From: Bacilli bacterium
GTDB lineage: Bacteria > Bacillota_I > Bacilli_A > RF39 > UBA660
Assembly (NCBI GenBank): GCA_017510225.1
Contig: JAFWNS010000016.1
Span: 1 to 48,548, forward strand
DNA: 48,548 nucleotides
Direction of reading: 5' to 3'
In this document: one piece after another, positions 1 to 8,693 of the stretch
Numbering within the stretch: position 1 is the stretch's first letter
Layout of the letters: each line of letters begins with the position of its first letter
The notes under the pieces: model-generated
What the model saw: only the letters and a program-made list of their open reading frames with translations
Told to the model about the DNA's origin: nothing
Databases searched by the model: none
Made by a program: the position numbers and the translations under genes

Positions 1-17
1 ATTCTTTTAAAAAACAT
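1..17 (-). CDS. 5' end of a gene running off the left edge (MFFKR...)
   Basis: Minus strand reads GAGGTGACTT-ATG TTT TTT AAA AGA; good RBS, only 5 codons visible. Confidence 0.5.
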
Positions 18-84
18 AAGTCACCTCTAGTTAGTTATTATGTTTTTTTATATAAAAAAAGAACAAATATCTTTGTTTGTTCGA

Positions 85-113
85 TTGTTTTTAATGTATA
101 TAAGTAGTATACT
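85..113 (+). promoter_or_regulatory. Putative sigmaA promoter of the small hydrophobic-peptide gene
   Basis: TTGTTT(85-90)-17 nt-TATACT(108-113); predicted start ~120 coincides with the start of the fold-back repeat. Confidence 0.5.
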
Positions 114-174
114 TTAATTAGGAATACTTAATAGTTGGGTGATGCCAAACTTCATCATGAAGGGAGGCGATAAT

Positions 175-258
175 ATGACTAAGAAAGATTTTTTAATTCT
201 TTCATTAATCACTACTATCTTGCTTTTAATATTATTGCTTTTTACAGTACTAATATAA
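175..258 (+). CDS. 27-aa single-TM hydrophobic peptide, putative type I toxin (MTKKDFLILSLITTILLLILLLFTVLI)
   Basis: Read manually, below the ORF-track cutoff; strong RBS AGGGAGG at 161-167; ~22-residue uncharged hydrophobic stretch. Confidence 0.75.
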   Translation: MTKKDFLILSLITTILLLILLLFTVLI

Positions 259-291
259 AAGAAATCACCTAACTAATGCTTAGTTAGGTGA
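252..291 (-). terminator. Intrinsic terminator of the antisense RNA
   Basis: Perfect 12-bp stem TCACCTAACTAA(265-276)/TTAGTTAGGTGA(280-291), followed on the minus strand by TTTCTTTT. Confidence 0.7.
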
Positions 292-362
292 AACCAAATT
301 TATGGCAACACTCAACCGGCAAAATTAAGTGTTCCTTTTTATTGTATGCAAGTTTCCTTGAC
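252..362 (-). ncRNA. Putative antisense antitoxin RNA (~110 nt) convergent with the toxin mRNA
   Basis: Bounded by a near-consensus minus-strand promoter (369-397) and a minus-strand hairpin plus U-tract (252-291). Confidence 0.6.
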
Positions 363-368
363 ATATTA

Positions 369-397
369 ATAATACCATAAATACTCTATTTTGTCAA
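369..397 (-). promoter_or_regulatory. sigmaA promoter with extended -10 driving the antisense RNA
   Basis: TTGACA-17 nt-TATTAT with TG one base upstream of the -10. Confidence 0.7.
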
Positions 398-439
398 AAT
401 AGATAGACCTTATACATATACTTATTTAGAGGTGAAAAT

Positions 440-1105
440 ATGAGGGAATATACTGTTAAAGCTGGAGATACAATTTATGGTATAAGTAAACAATTTGGAG
501 TATCCGCAATGGATATATATAACTTAAATAATTTAACTAATTCTAATATAAAAGTTGGTCAAGTATTAAAAATACCTACTAATAGTGGAACTAATCCATC
601 TAATATGTTTTATTATACTGTTAAAAAAGGAGATAGTTTGTATTCTATTGCTAGGATTTATAATACTACAGTAAATGAAATTATAAAATTAAATAATTTA
701 AAGAGTACTAATTTATCTATAGGTCAAACTTTAAGAATACCTGAAACTAATGAATCTGTTACTACTATGCCTCCTTCTTTTATTAATTATACTGTTAAAA
801 AAGGAGATAATTTATATAGTATTGCGAAAAACAATAATATTAGTGTTGATACTATAATACAAGATAATGCTTTAAATACTAATAATTTGTTTATTGGACA
901 AGTTTTAAAAATAAGAACTGATAATAGTGTTGTTGAAGAATGTTTTGGTAGTAGTTACAGTCCTACTACTAATACTTATACTGTTAAAAAAGGCGATAGC
1001 CTGTATTCTATTTCTAAGAAATTTAATACTACTGTTAATGATTTAATTAGTAAAAATAATTTAAAAAGTACTAATTTATCTATAGGTCAAATATTAAAGA
1101 TATAG
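440..1105 (+). CDS. Four-LysM-domain peptidoglycan-binding protein, no catalytic domain; probably spore-associated
   Basis: Four YTVKxGD(T/S/N)(I/L)Y.I......GQ.L.I repeats; RBS GAGGTG; first gene of the operon with sleC-like genes. Confidence 0.9.
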   Translation: MREYTVKAGDTIYGISKQFGVSAMDIYNLNNLTNSNIKVGQVLKIPTNSGTNPSNMFYYTVKKGDSLYSIARIYNTTVNEIIKLNNLKSTNLSIGQTLRIPETNESVTTMPPSFINYTVKKGDNLYSIAKNNNISVDTIIQDNALNTNNLFIGQVLKIRTDNSVVEECFGSSYSPTTNTYTVKKGDSLYSISKKFNTTVNDLISKNNLKSTNLSIGQILKI

Positions 1106-1115
1106 AGGTGATTAT

Positions 1116-1514
1116 ATGAAAGATGTATATATAGATGATGAAGTATTAAAGAATGATTCTAGTTATTTAGAGTTTATTAATAATAATCCAGGTTTTGGTT
1201 ATTTAAAAATACGTGCTTCTTCTATTAATGAAGCAATACCTGTTAGTGATATTAATATAAGAGTTAGTAAAGTAATTGGTAATAATAATGTTATTTTTTA
1301 TGAAGGAAAAACAGATAATTCTGGAATGATTAATGATATAGTACTTCCTGCTCCTAGAGCTATTTCTAATGATGAAGAGGTACCTAAATTTACAGAATAT
1401 AAATTAGAAGCTATAAAAGGAAATATGAGGCAAGAATATACTATATCTATTTGTTGTTCTATAACTATTATTCAATATATTAATGTAATACCTAGTATTG
1501 GAGATGTTTCTTAA
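1116..1514 (+). CDS. Small protein resembling the N-terminal pre-pro region of SleC-type spore cortex-lytic enzymes
   Basis: GYLKIRAS...AIPV...KTDNSG....I.LPAP pattern; stop overlaps the next start (TAATG). Confidence 0.6.
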   Translation: MKDVYIDDEVLKNDSSYLEFINNNPGFGYLKIRASSINEAIPVSDINIRVSKVIGNNNVIFYEGKTDNSGMINDIVLPAPRAISNDEEVPKFTEYKLEAIKGNMRQEYTISICCSITIIQYINVIPSIGDVS

Positions 1515-2857
1515 TGGCAATTAAATATCCTGTTATACCTGAAGAAATAACTGTTCATTTAGGTAAACCAGATGAAGCAGCATCTAATATTACTGTTCCA
1601 TTTGTAGATTATATTTCTAATGTTGCTTCTAGTGAACTATACCCTACTTGGCCTACTAATTCTTTAAAAGCTAATATATTAGCTATTGTATCTTTTGCAA
1701 TGAATAGAATTTATAATGAATGGTATCATACTAAAGGTTATAGTTTTGATATAACATCTAGTCCTATATATGATCAAACTTATATACCTAATAGAAGTAT
1801 TTATGAAAATATTAATAATATAGTCACTGATGCTTTTAATGATTATGTATATAAGGAAGGTCAAATACAACCATATTTTACAAGATATTGTGATGGTAGA
1901 AAAACTACTTGTAATGGGCTTTCACAATGGGGTACTGTTACTTTAGCTAATCAAGGTAAGAATCCATTACAAATACTTAAAAATTATTATGGTAATGATG
2001 TTAATATTAAATATAATGCCCCTATAGGAGGATCTACTGTTAGTTATCCTGGTTATGAAGTTGGACTTGGAGATGTTGGTAATCCTGTTAGAGCAATCCA
2101 AAGAGATTTAAAAAGAATTAAATTAAATTATCCTGCTATACCTACTATTACTGGAGAAGATGGTGCTTATGATTCTTCTACTGAAGATGCTGTTAAAAAG
2201 TTTCAAGAAATATTTTCTCTACCTATAACTGGTATAGTAGATAAAGCAACTTGGTATAGAATTAAATATATTTATAATAGTGTTAAAAAACTATCTGATA
2301 TTTATTCTGAAGGATTATCTCCTGAAGAAGCAGATTTTTCATTTAAAGATGTTGTTAAGTATGGAGATACTGGTATAGAAGTAGAATTTATTCATTATTA
2401 TTTAGGAGCTATTGCTTTTTTAGATAATGATATACCTAATTTAAAAACTAATTCTGTATATAATGATAATACTAAAACTATGGTATTGGCTTTTCAAAAT
2501 AAATATGGATTACCTGCTACTGGAGAAGTAACTTATACTGATTGGAATCTATTAAAAACTACTTATGATAAATTATTAAAAACTATACCTAGTGAGTATA
2601 GTGAATATGCAAATTATTTATATCCAGGATATTTTTTAAGTAAAGGTATGAATAATAGTGATGTATTAAGATTACAAAGATTTTTACTTAAAATATGTAA
2701 ATATGATAAATCTATACCAGGAGTTAGAGTTAATGGAGTATTTGATGATTTAACAGAAAGCTCTATTAGAAAAATACAAAATGATTATAATATTATAGAA
2801 ACTGGTTTAGTAGGACCTCTCTCTTGGGAAAAGATAGTAGAACTTTCTAAAAGATAA
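1514..2857 (+). CDS. sleC: SleC-like spore cortex-lytic enzyme (SpoIID/LytB-type catalytic domain plus peptidoglycan-binding domains)
   Basis: IPEEITVHLG, DYISNVASSELYPTWP, NRIYNEWY, YCDG, SQWG, ILKNYYG; three PG-binding_1-like repeats (AVKKFQ..F.L..TGIVD..TW). Confidence 0.8.
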   Translation: MAIKYPVIPEEITVHLGKPDEAASNITVPFVDYISNVASSELYPTWPTNSLKANILAIVSFAMNRIYNEWYHTKGYSFDITSSPIYDQTYIPNRSIYENINNIVTDAFNDYVYKEGQIQPYFTRYCDGRKTTCNGLSQWGTVTLANQGKNPLQILKNYYGNDVNIKYNAPIGGSTVSYPGYEVGLGDVGNPVRAIQRDLKRIKLNYPAIPTITGEDGAYDSSTEDAVKKFQEIFSLPITGIVDKATWYRIKYIYNSVKKLSDIYSEGLSPEEADFSFKDVVKYGDTGIEVEFIHYYLGAIAFLDNDIPNLKTNSVYNDNTKTMVLAFQNKYGLPATGEVTYTDWNLLKTTYDKLLKTIPSEYSEYANYLYPGYFLSKGMNNSDVLRLQRFLLKICKYDKSIPGVRVNGVFDDLTESSIRKIQNDYNIIETGLVGPLSWEKIVELSKR

Positions 2858-2883
2858 AAAAAAGAAGATAAATCTTCTTTTTT
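2858..2883. terminator. Bidirectional terminator between convergent sleC-like and trxB
   Basis: AAAAAAGAAGAT-AA-ATCTTCTTTTTT inverted repeat. Confidence 0.6.
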
Positions 2884-3772
2884 ATTTCATTTCATTAATA
2901 GCAGTAGTAGCAGCAATACTTCCATCACTAACTGCAGTAGTTAATTGTCTTAAATCTTTATTTCTACAATCACCTGCTACATAGATACCATCTATATTAG
3001 TATGTACTCCATCATTAGTTTCTATATAACCATTACTATCTATATTAATAATATTTTTAAATATTTCATTTTTAGGTTCTTGTCCAATAGCTATAAATAA
3101 ACCATTTACTTTAATATTTCTAATATTATTTTCTTTATCTATAACATCTATACTTTCTAAAGTATCTATACCATTAATACTTTTAATAGTAGAATTTAAT
3201 ACTAATTCTATATTATCTTTAGTTTTAATTTCTTCTACAAATTTACTTTCTCCTCTAAATTCATCTCTTCTATGAACTAAATATACTTTATTTACAATAT
3301 TAGATAAATACAAACTATCTTCTAAAGCAGTATTTCCTCCACCAACTACCATAACATCTTTATCTTTATAAAAAGCTCCATCACAAGTAGCACAATAAGA
3401 TACTCCTTTACCAATAAAGTCTTCTTCTTTATCTATATTTAGTTTTCTATTATTAGAACCAGTCGCAATAATAATAGCTTTAGTATTATATTTATCTTTA
3501 TTAGTAGTAACTTCTTTTTTATCATTTATATTTATAACTGTCTCTATTTTAATTTCTCCACCTAAATCTTTTACTTGATTATATAAATTAGTAGAAAAAT
3601 CAAATCCACTAATACTTTTAATACCTGGATAATTTTCTATATTAGAAGCATTTACTATTTGTCCTCCATAAGTTTTAGCTTCTAATACTAAAACTTTTTT
3701 ATTAGCTCTTAAAGCATAGATTGCAGCAGTTAAACCTGCAGGTCCTGCTCCTATAATTATAATATCGTACAT
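2882..3772 (-). CDS. trxB: Thioredoxin reductase
   Basis: GAGPAG FAD motif, GVSYCATCDG active site, VVGGGNTA, AGD. Confidence 0.95.
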   Translation of the reverse strand: MYDIIIIGAGPAGLTAAIYALRANKKVLVLEAKTYGGQIVNASNIENYPGIKSISGFDFSTNLYNQVKDLGGEIKIETVININDKKEVTTNKDKYNTKAIIIATGSNNRKLNIDKEEDFIGKGVSYCATCDGAFYKDKDVMVVGGGNTALEDSLYLSNIVNKVYLVHRRDEFRGESKFVEEIKTKDNIELVLNSTIKSINGIDTLESIDVIDKENNIRNIKVNGLFIAIGQEPKNEIFKNIINIDSNGYIETNDGVHTNIDGIYVAGDCRNKDLRQLTTAVSDGSIAATTAINEMK

Positions 3773-3781
3773 AACAACCTC

Positions 3782-4321
3782 CTATAATAATTCTTTTATT
3801 TCATCTTCCATAATACTAGGATCTTCTATAGGAGAATACCTAGATACTACATTACCTTTTTTATCTACTAAAAATTTAGTAAAATTCCATTTAATATCAT
3901 TTTTATTTTTATAAGTAGAACTAATCTTTTCTATACCTTTCATAGTTACTTTATGTTTCATACCTTTAACTATATCTTCTTTAGCATTATCTTTTAAATA
4001 TTTAAATAGTTCTATTTCATTTTCTCCATTAACATCAATCTTATCAAATTGATCAAAACTAGTATTATATTTAAACTGACAAAATTCATGTATTTCATCA
4101 TTAGTGCCTGGAGCCTGTTTACCAAATTGATTACATGGAAAATCTAATATTTCTAAACCTTTATCATGATATTTCTTATATAAAGTTTCTAACCCTTCAT
4201 ATTGAGGTGTAAACCCACACCCAGTAGCAGTATTAACTATTAATAATACTTTATCTTTATAATCACTAATCTTTACATCCTTACCATTTCTATCTTTAAC
4301 TACATAATCATAAATACTCAT
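3782..4321 (-). CDS. gpx: Glutathione peroxidase family protein (Cys-type, likely thioredoxin-dependent)
   Basis: NTATGCGFTPQY, FPCNQF, WNFTKFLV motifs. Confidence 0.95.
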   Translation of the reverse strand: MSIYDYVVKDRNGKDVKISDYKDKVLLIVNTATGCGFTPQYEGLETLYKKYHDKGLEILDFPCNQFGKQAPGTNDEIHEFCQFKYNTSFDQFDKIDVNGENEIELFKYLKDNAKEDIVKGMKHKVTMKGIEKISSTYKNKNDIKWNFTKFLVDKKGNVVSRYSPIEDPSIMEDEIKELL

Positions 4322-4332
4322 GATATTCCTCC

Positions 4333-5229
4333 TTATTTTAAAGCTTCCTTTACTAGTTTTAATGCAGCCTCTCTTGTTTCTGCTGTTGCGATAAATCTAT
4401 TATTATGACAGAAGATTGCTCCTTTTACTCCTGTTATATCTTCTAGTTTTTTATGAGCTAACCCAGCCCATTTCTCTGGAAGTAATAATCTGTCGGTATG
4501 ATCTTCTAATGATTTAGGTACTGTTTTAATAGCATATCCTTCTCTATTAGATGGATATACTACAAACATTATATTATTTCCTTTAGGATTAGTAAGTATT
4601 GCATCTTCATATGGTAAATACTTATCTAATTCTAAATATAATTCTTCATTTTTATCTATTAATTTATTTACTTCTTTTTTACCTTTTACTCTTCCTACTA
4701 CATTATATACAGTTTCAGATAATATTTCTTTAGCTAGTTTTTCTGCTTTTAAGAATTGTTTATTTTCTTCTTGTTCTGTATAAAAACTTGGATTATAAGC
4801 TCTTATAATATCACTTATAGTTTTTACTTTATAGTTTGCTTCTATTATAGGAAATATTCCATTATCAATAGCATCTATTCCTTCTATTAATTCTTTATCT
4901 ATTAGTTTAAAGACTTCATCTATATCCTCTATATTTTTATTTTTTAAATAATCTTTTCCAAATTCTTTCCATAATAGTCCGATAGATGAATATTTTATAC
5001 CATTTTCTCTTGTTTCTACATCTTCTTGATGGTGGTCAAACTTTCCTCTACCTATATCATATACAATTGTATCTTTTGATATATTTTTATCCACTCTTGT
5101 TACTCTTATTACTTTTATATCTTTTTTATATAATTCTAAAAAGGCAGTTGCGAATACTTCATCTGCATGTATAGTACCACAATGAGTAATACAATTAGCT
5201 TCCTTCTGTGTTTTTACTAGTTTAATCAT
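4333..5229 (-). CDS. MYG1 family (DHH-like) hydrolase/exonuclease
   Basis: THCGTIHADEV, YDIG.GKFDHHQ, YSS.GL.W, IDAIDNG, WAGL, FCH..RF motifs. Confidence 0.9.
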   Translation of the reverse strand: MIKLVKTQKEANCITHCGTIHADEVFATAFLELYKKDIKVIRVTRVDKNISKDTIVYDIGRGKFDHHQEDVETRENGIKYSSIGLLWKEFGKDYLKNKNIEDIDEVFKLIDKELIEGIDAIDNGIFPIIEANYKVKTISDIIRAYNPSFYTEQEENKQFLKAEKLAKEILSETVYNVVGRVKGKKEVNKLIDKNEELYLELDKYLPYEDAILTNPKGNNIMFVVYPSNREGYAIKTVPKSLEDHTDRLLLPEKWAGLAHKKLEDITGVKGAIFCHNNRFIATAETREAALKLVKEALK

Positions 5230-5351
5230 ATTACACCTCTTTCCTATCTAGTATTATACATTATTTTTAATTTTTATGTAAAGTGATAATTATAATATAT
5301 ATAATTTATTAGTATTGATGGTATAATATATATAGTATATGGGGTGAATAT

Positions 5352-7943
5352 ATGTATAGAAAGAAAATAGAAGATGTTTATAAAGAATTGAACTCTTCTA
5401 AGAAGGGGCTTACTAATAAACAAGTTATAAGACGAAAAAAAGAATTTGGTAAAAATAAGATTGAGAATAAACATAAAACTACTAAATGGCAATTGTTTTT
5501 AAATCAATTTGACAATTTAATGATTAAATTATTACTAATAGTTTCTGTTATATCTGGAATATATTCATTTATGGCAGGAGAAAGTCTTACTGATACTATT
5601 CTTATTATTATAATTGTATTACTTAATGTATTAATGGGATATGTTCAAGAGGCTAAAGCAGATGCTTCTATTGAGTCTTTGCAAAAAGTAGAAAGAACTA
5701 ATTGTAAGGTTAAAAGAGATGGTAAAGATATAATAATTAATGTAGAAAATTTATTACCTGGTGATATTTTATATTTAGAAGCTGGTGATAAGATTCCTGC
5801 TGACGCACGAATTATTGAATGTAGTAATTTATGTGTAGATGAATCTCTACTTACTGGTGAAAGTGTTCCAGTTAGTAAAGATGATAAAGTTATAAAAAAT
5901 GAAGTATTAATTAATGATAGATATAATATGGTATATTCTGGGTGTGATGTTACTTCTGGTAAAGGTTTAGTTATAGTGACTGATATTGGTATGAATACTG
6001 AACTTGGTAAAATAGCTAATACTTTAACTGAAAAGAAAGATGTACCTACTCCACTACAAAAGAAAATTACAGAGATTAGTGAAGGTTTAACTAAGATAGT
6101 TAGTGTAATTATAGTATTTGTAGTTGTATATAATATATTTGTTTTAAAAAGCAGTTTAATTAGTGTTGTTATGTTAGCGATTAGTTTGATGGTATCTGCA
6201 GTACCTGAAGGATTACCTGCAGTTATTACTATTTCACTTTCTATTGGAGTTAATTCTTTAGCTAAAAAAAGAACTATTGCTAGAACATTATCTTCTGTTG
6301 AAACTTTAGGTAATGTAGAAGTTATTTGTTCTGATAAGACTGGTACTATTACTCAGAATAAGATGACTGTTACTAAGATATATATTAATAATAATGTTAT
6401 AGATGAAAAAGATTATAAATATGAGAAAGATAATTTATTAGTAAAAGCTATGATGTTAGCAAATGATACTAGTTATATAAAGAAAAAATTAATTGGTGAT
6501 CCTACGGAGACTGCTTTAATAGAATGTTTAATTAATCATAATATTAGTTATGATGAAATGATGTCTCATAATAGAAGAGTTGGTGATATTCCATTTGATT
6601 CTATTAGAAAGATGATGAGTGCTTTATATACAGATGGTAAAAATATGAGATTGTATTCTAAAGGTAGTTTAGAATCTATTCTTTCTAAAAGTAAATATAT
6701 ATTAATTGGTGGTAAAAAAGAAAAATTAGATAAAAAGAAAAAAGATGAGTTATTTAAAATAGAAAAGAAATTGTCTACTAAAGCTTTAAGAGTACTTGCT
6801 TTTGCTTATAAAGATACAGCTGATTTAGAAGAAAAAGATTTAGTGTTTATAGGTATGGTTGGTATGATAGATCCTCCTAGAGATACTGTTAAGAAGTCTA
6901 TAGAAACATGTTTAGCTTGTGGTATTACTCCTATTATGATTACTGGTGATAATTTAACTACAGCTATGGAAATAGCTAAAAATGTTGGATTAGCTAATGA
7001 AGATTCAGTTGGTATAGAAGGAAAAGATATAGCTAAACTATCTGATTTAGAACTTACTCATGTAGTATTAAAATATAGTGTATATGCGAGAGTATCTCCT
7101 GAAGATAAAGTTAGAATTGTTACAGCATTACAGCACAATAATAAAGTAGTTGCAATGACTGGTGATGGTGTTAATGATGCACCTTCTATAAAACTTGCTG
7201 ATATTGGTATTGGAATGGGTAAAACAGGTACTGAAGTTACTAAAAGTACTGCTGATATTTTATTACTAGATGATAGTTTTTCTACTATTGTAGATGCTAA
7301 TTATGAAGGTAGAAGAATATTTGATAATATTAGAAATGTCATTATATATTCCCTATCTAGTAACTTTGCAGAAATATTTATAGTAGTAGCTGGTATGTTT
7401 TTTGCAGTCAATGCCCTACTTCCTATTCATATCTTATATATTGATTTAGTTACAGATGCTGGTCTTTCTATATTACTGGCCTTTGAAAAAGCATCTTCTG
7501 ATGTTATGAAAAGACCTCCACGTAAGAGTACAAGTAAATTCTTTACTCCATGGGTAAATGCTCAACTTATATTCTCTTCTTTATTAGAAGGTTTAGTAGT
7601 ACTTATGTGTTTCTTATTTGGAATGAATTATGGTATAGGAGTTGCTCAAACTATGGCATTATTATGTTTAATAGTACAAGAAACATTCTATTCAATAAAC
7701 TGTCGTAATTTAAAACAACCTATATATAAACAAGGTTGGTTCTCTAATAAATATTTCAATATTGGATTAATTGCTATTATAATTATACAAGTATTAACAT
7801 TTATTACTCCTGCTAGAAAATTACTTCATATACATATGTTAAATATAACTCAAATAGGTATTGTATTTATATTTAATATAGTTATATTTGTATTAATAGA
7901 ATTAGCTAAAGGATTTATTAATAAATATTTTAAAGATGAATAA
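5352..7943 (+). CDS. Cation-transporting P-type ATPase (type II, Ca2+-like)
   Basis: TGES, PEGL, DKTGT, GDPTE, DPPR, TGDGVND motifs; multiple TM segments. Confidence 0.95.
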   Translation: MYRKKIEDVYKELNSSKKGLTNKQVIRRKKEFGKNKIENKHKTTKWQLFLNQFDNLMIKLLLIVSVISGIYSFMAGESLTDTILIIIIVLLNVLMGYVQEAKADASIESLQKVERTNCKVKRDGKDIIINVENLLPGDILYLEAGDKIPADARIIECSNLCVDESLLTGESVPVSKDDKVIKNEVLINDRYNMVYSGCDVTSGKGLVIVTDIGMNTELGKIANTLTEKKDVPTPLQKKITEISEGLTKIVSVIIVFVVVYNIFVLKSSLISVVMLAISLMVSAVPEGLPAVITISLSIGVNSLAKKRTIARTLSSVETLGNVEVICSDKTGTITQNKMTVTKIYINNNVIDEKDYKYEKDNLLVKAMMLANDTSYIKKKLIGDPTETALIECLINHNISYDEMMSHNRRVGDIPFDSIRKMMSALYTDGKNMRLYSKGSLESILSKSKYILIGGKKEKLDKKKKDELFKIEKKLSTKALRVLAFAYKDTADLEEKDLVFIGMVGMIDPPRDTVKKSIETCLACGITPIMITGDNLTTAMEIAKNVGLANEDSVGIEGKDIAKLSDLELTHVVLKYSVYARVSPEDKVRIVTALQHNNKVVAMTGDGVNDAPSIKLADIGIGMGKTGTEVTKSTADILLLDDSFSTIVDANYEGRRIFDNIRNVIIYSLSSNFAEIFIVVAGMFFAVNALLPIHILYIDLVTDAGLSILLAFEKASSDVMKRPPRKSTSKFFTPWVNAQLIFSSLLEGLVVLMCFLFGMNYGIGVAQTMALLCLIVQETFYSINCRNLKQPIYKQGWFSNKYFNIGLIAIIIIQVLTFITPARKLLHIHMLNITQIGIVFIFNIVIFVLIELAKGFINKYFKDE

Positions 7944-7967
7944 ACCTAAATATAGGTTTATTTTTTT
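7941..7967 (+). terminator. Intrinsic terminator after the ATPase
   Basis: TAAACCTA-AATA-TAGGTTTA followed by a T run. Confidence 0.55.
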
Positions 7968-7983
7968 GCATCAAAAAAGGAAG

Positions 7984-8628
7984 TTATTTACTTCCTATAG
8001 TATTTTCTTTTTCATTAGTATCATCTTGTTTATTAAACATTTCCTTTAATTCATTATTTTTCTCTCTTTGACTTCTAACATATTCTGTATGTTCTTTCAT
8101 TGCTTCTTCATATGTTTTATCACTTATACCATAAGCTATTGGCATTAATCTCTCAATAAGATCTTCTTTATAAGGTTCTTCTCTAAAATGTCTAGCCATT
8201 GAAAAGCCCATAAGTTCATTTAGTTTTCTGAAAGCTTTAAAAGTATCTATAATCTTTCCAAAAAACTTATGTGGTTTTGTTTCCTCTTTTGTACGTGGAA
8301 GAATATCTTTATCTATATTCTTTCCTTCTTTAAGAACTTTTATTCTATCTATATATTCTTTATAATTTCCTTCCTCTAAAAACTTTTTACCTATATTACT
8401 AGTAATCATATTATTAAAGTTTTCTCTTAAATCAATATACTCTTTATACTCATCAGATTCATGATCTATATTATCTAATATATCTTCCATTTCTATACTA
8501 TCTTTATCTAAAGATTCTAATATATTAATTATATTATCATAATTATTAGTTCTAAATAAATCTTTTATTCTAATAGTAGATTGTTTTATTCTTTCATTAT
8601 AATCAATAAGTCTTTTATTTTTTTCCAT
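7984..8628 (-). CDS. Orphan helical protein (214 aa) with C-terminal ELKEMF motif
   Basis: RBS AGGAG, upstream TGTTATAAT; no recognisable family. Confidence 0.8.
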   Translation of the reverse strand: MEKNKRLIDYNERIKQSTIRIKDLFRTNNYDNIINILESLDKDSIEMEDILDNIDHESDEYKEYIDLRENFNNMITSNIGKKFLEEGNYKEYIDRIKVLKEGKNIDKDILPRTKEETKPHKFFGKIIDTFKAFRKLNELMGFSMARHFREEPYKEDLIERLMPIAYGISDKTYEEAMKEHTEYVRSQREKNNELKEMFNKQDDTNEKENTIGSK

Positions 8629-8693
8629 TATAACTCTCCTATCTATATAATTTATTATAACATAATATTTATAAATAAAAAAAGAACGTATTT

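Noticed and set aside
120-336. Inverted repeats as MITE/IS ends
   Set aside because: Differences between the arms are mostly G-U-compatible, implying RNA pairing; no target-site duplication or transposase seen
440-1105. Recurring TATACTGTTAAAAAAGG DNA repeats as CRISPR-like
   Set aside because: They are the coding starts of LysM repeats with irregular 160-190 bp spacing
3782-4321. Possible selenocysteine in gpx
   Set aside because: The active-site codon is TGT (Cys) with no in-frame TGA
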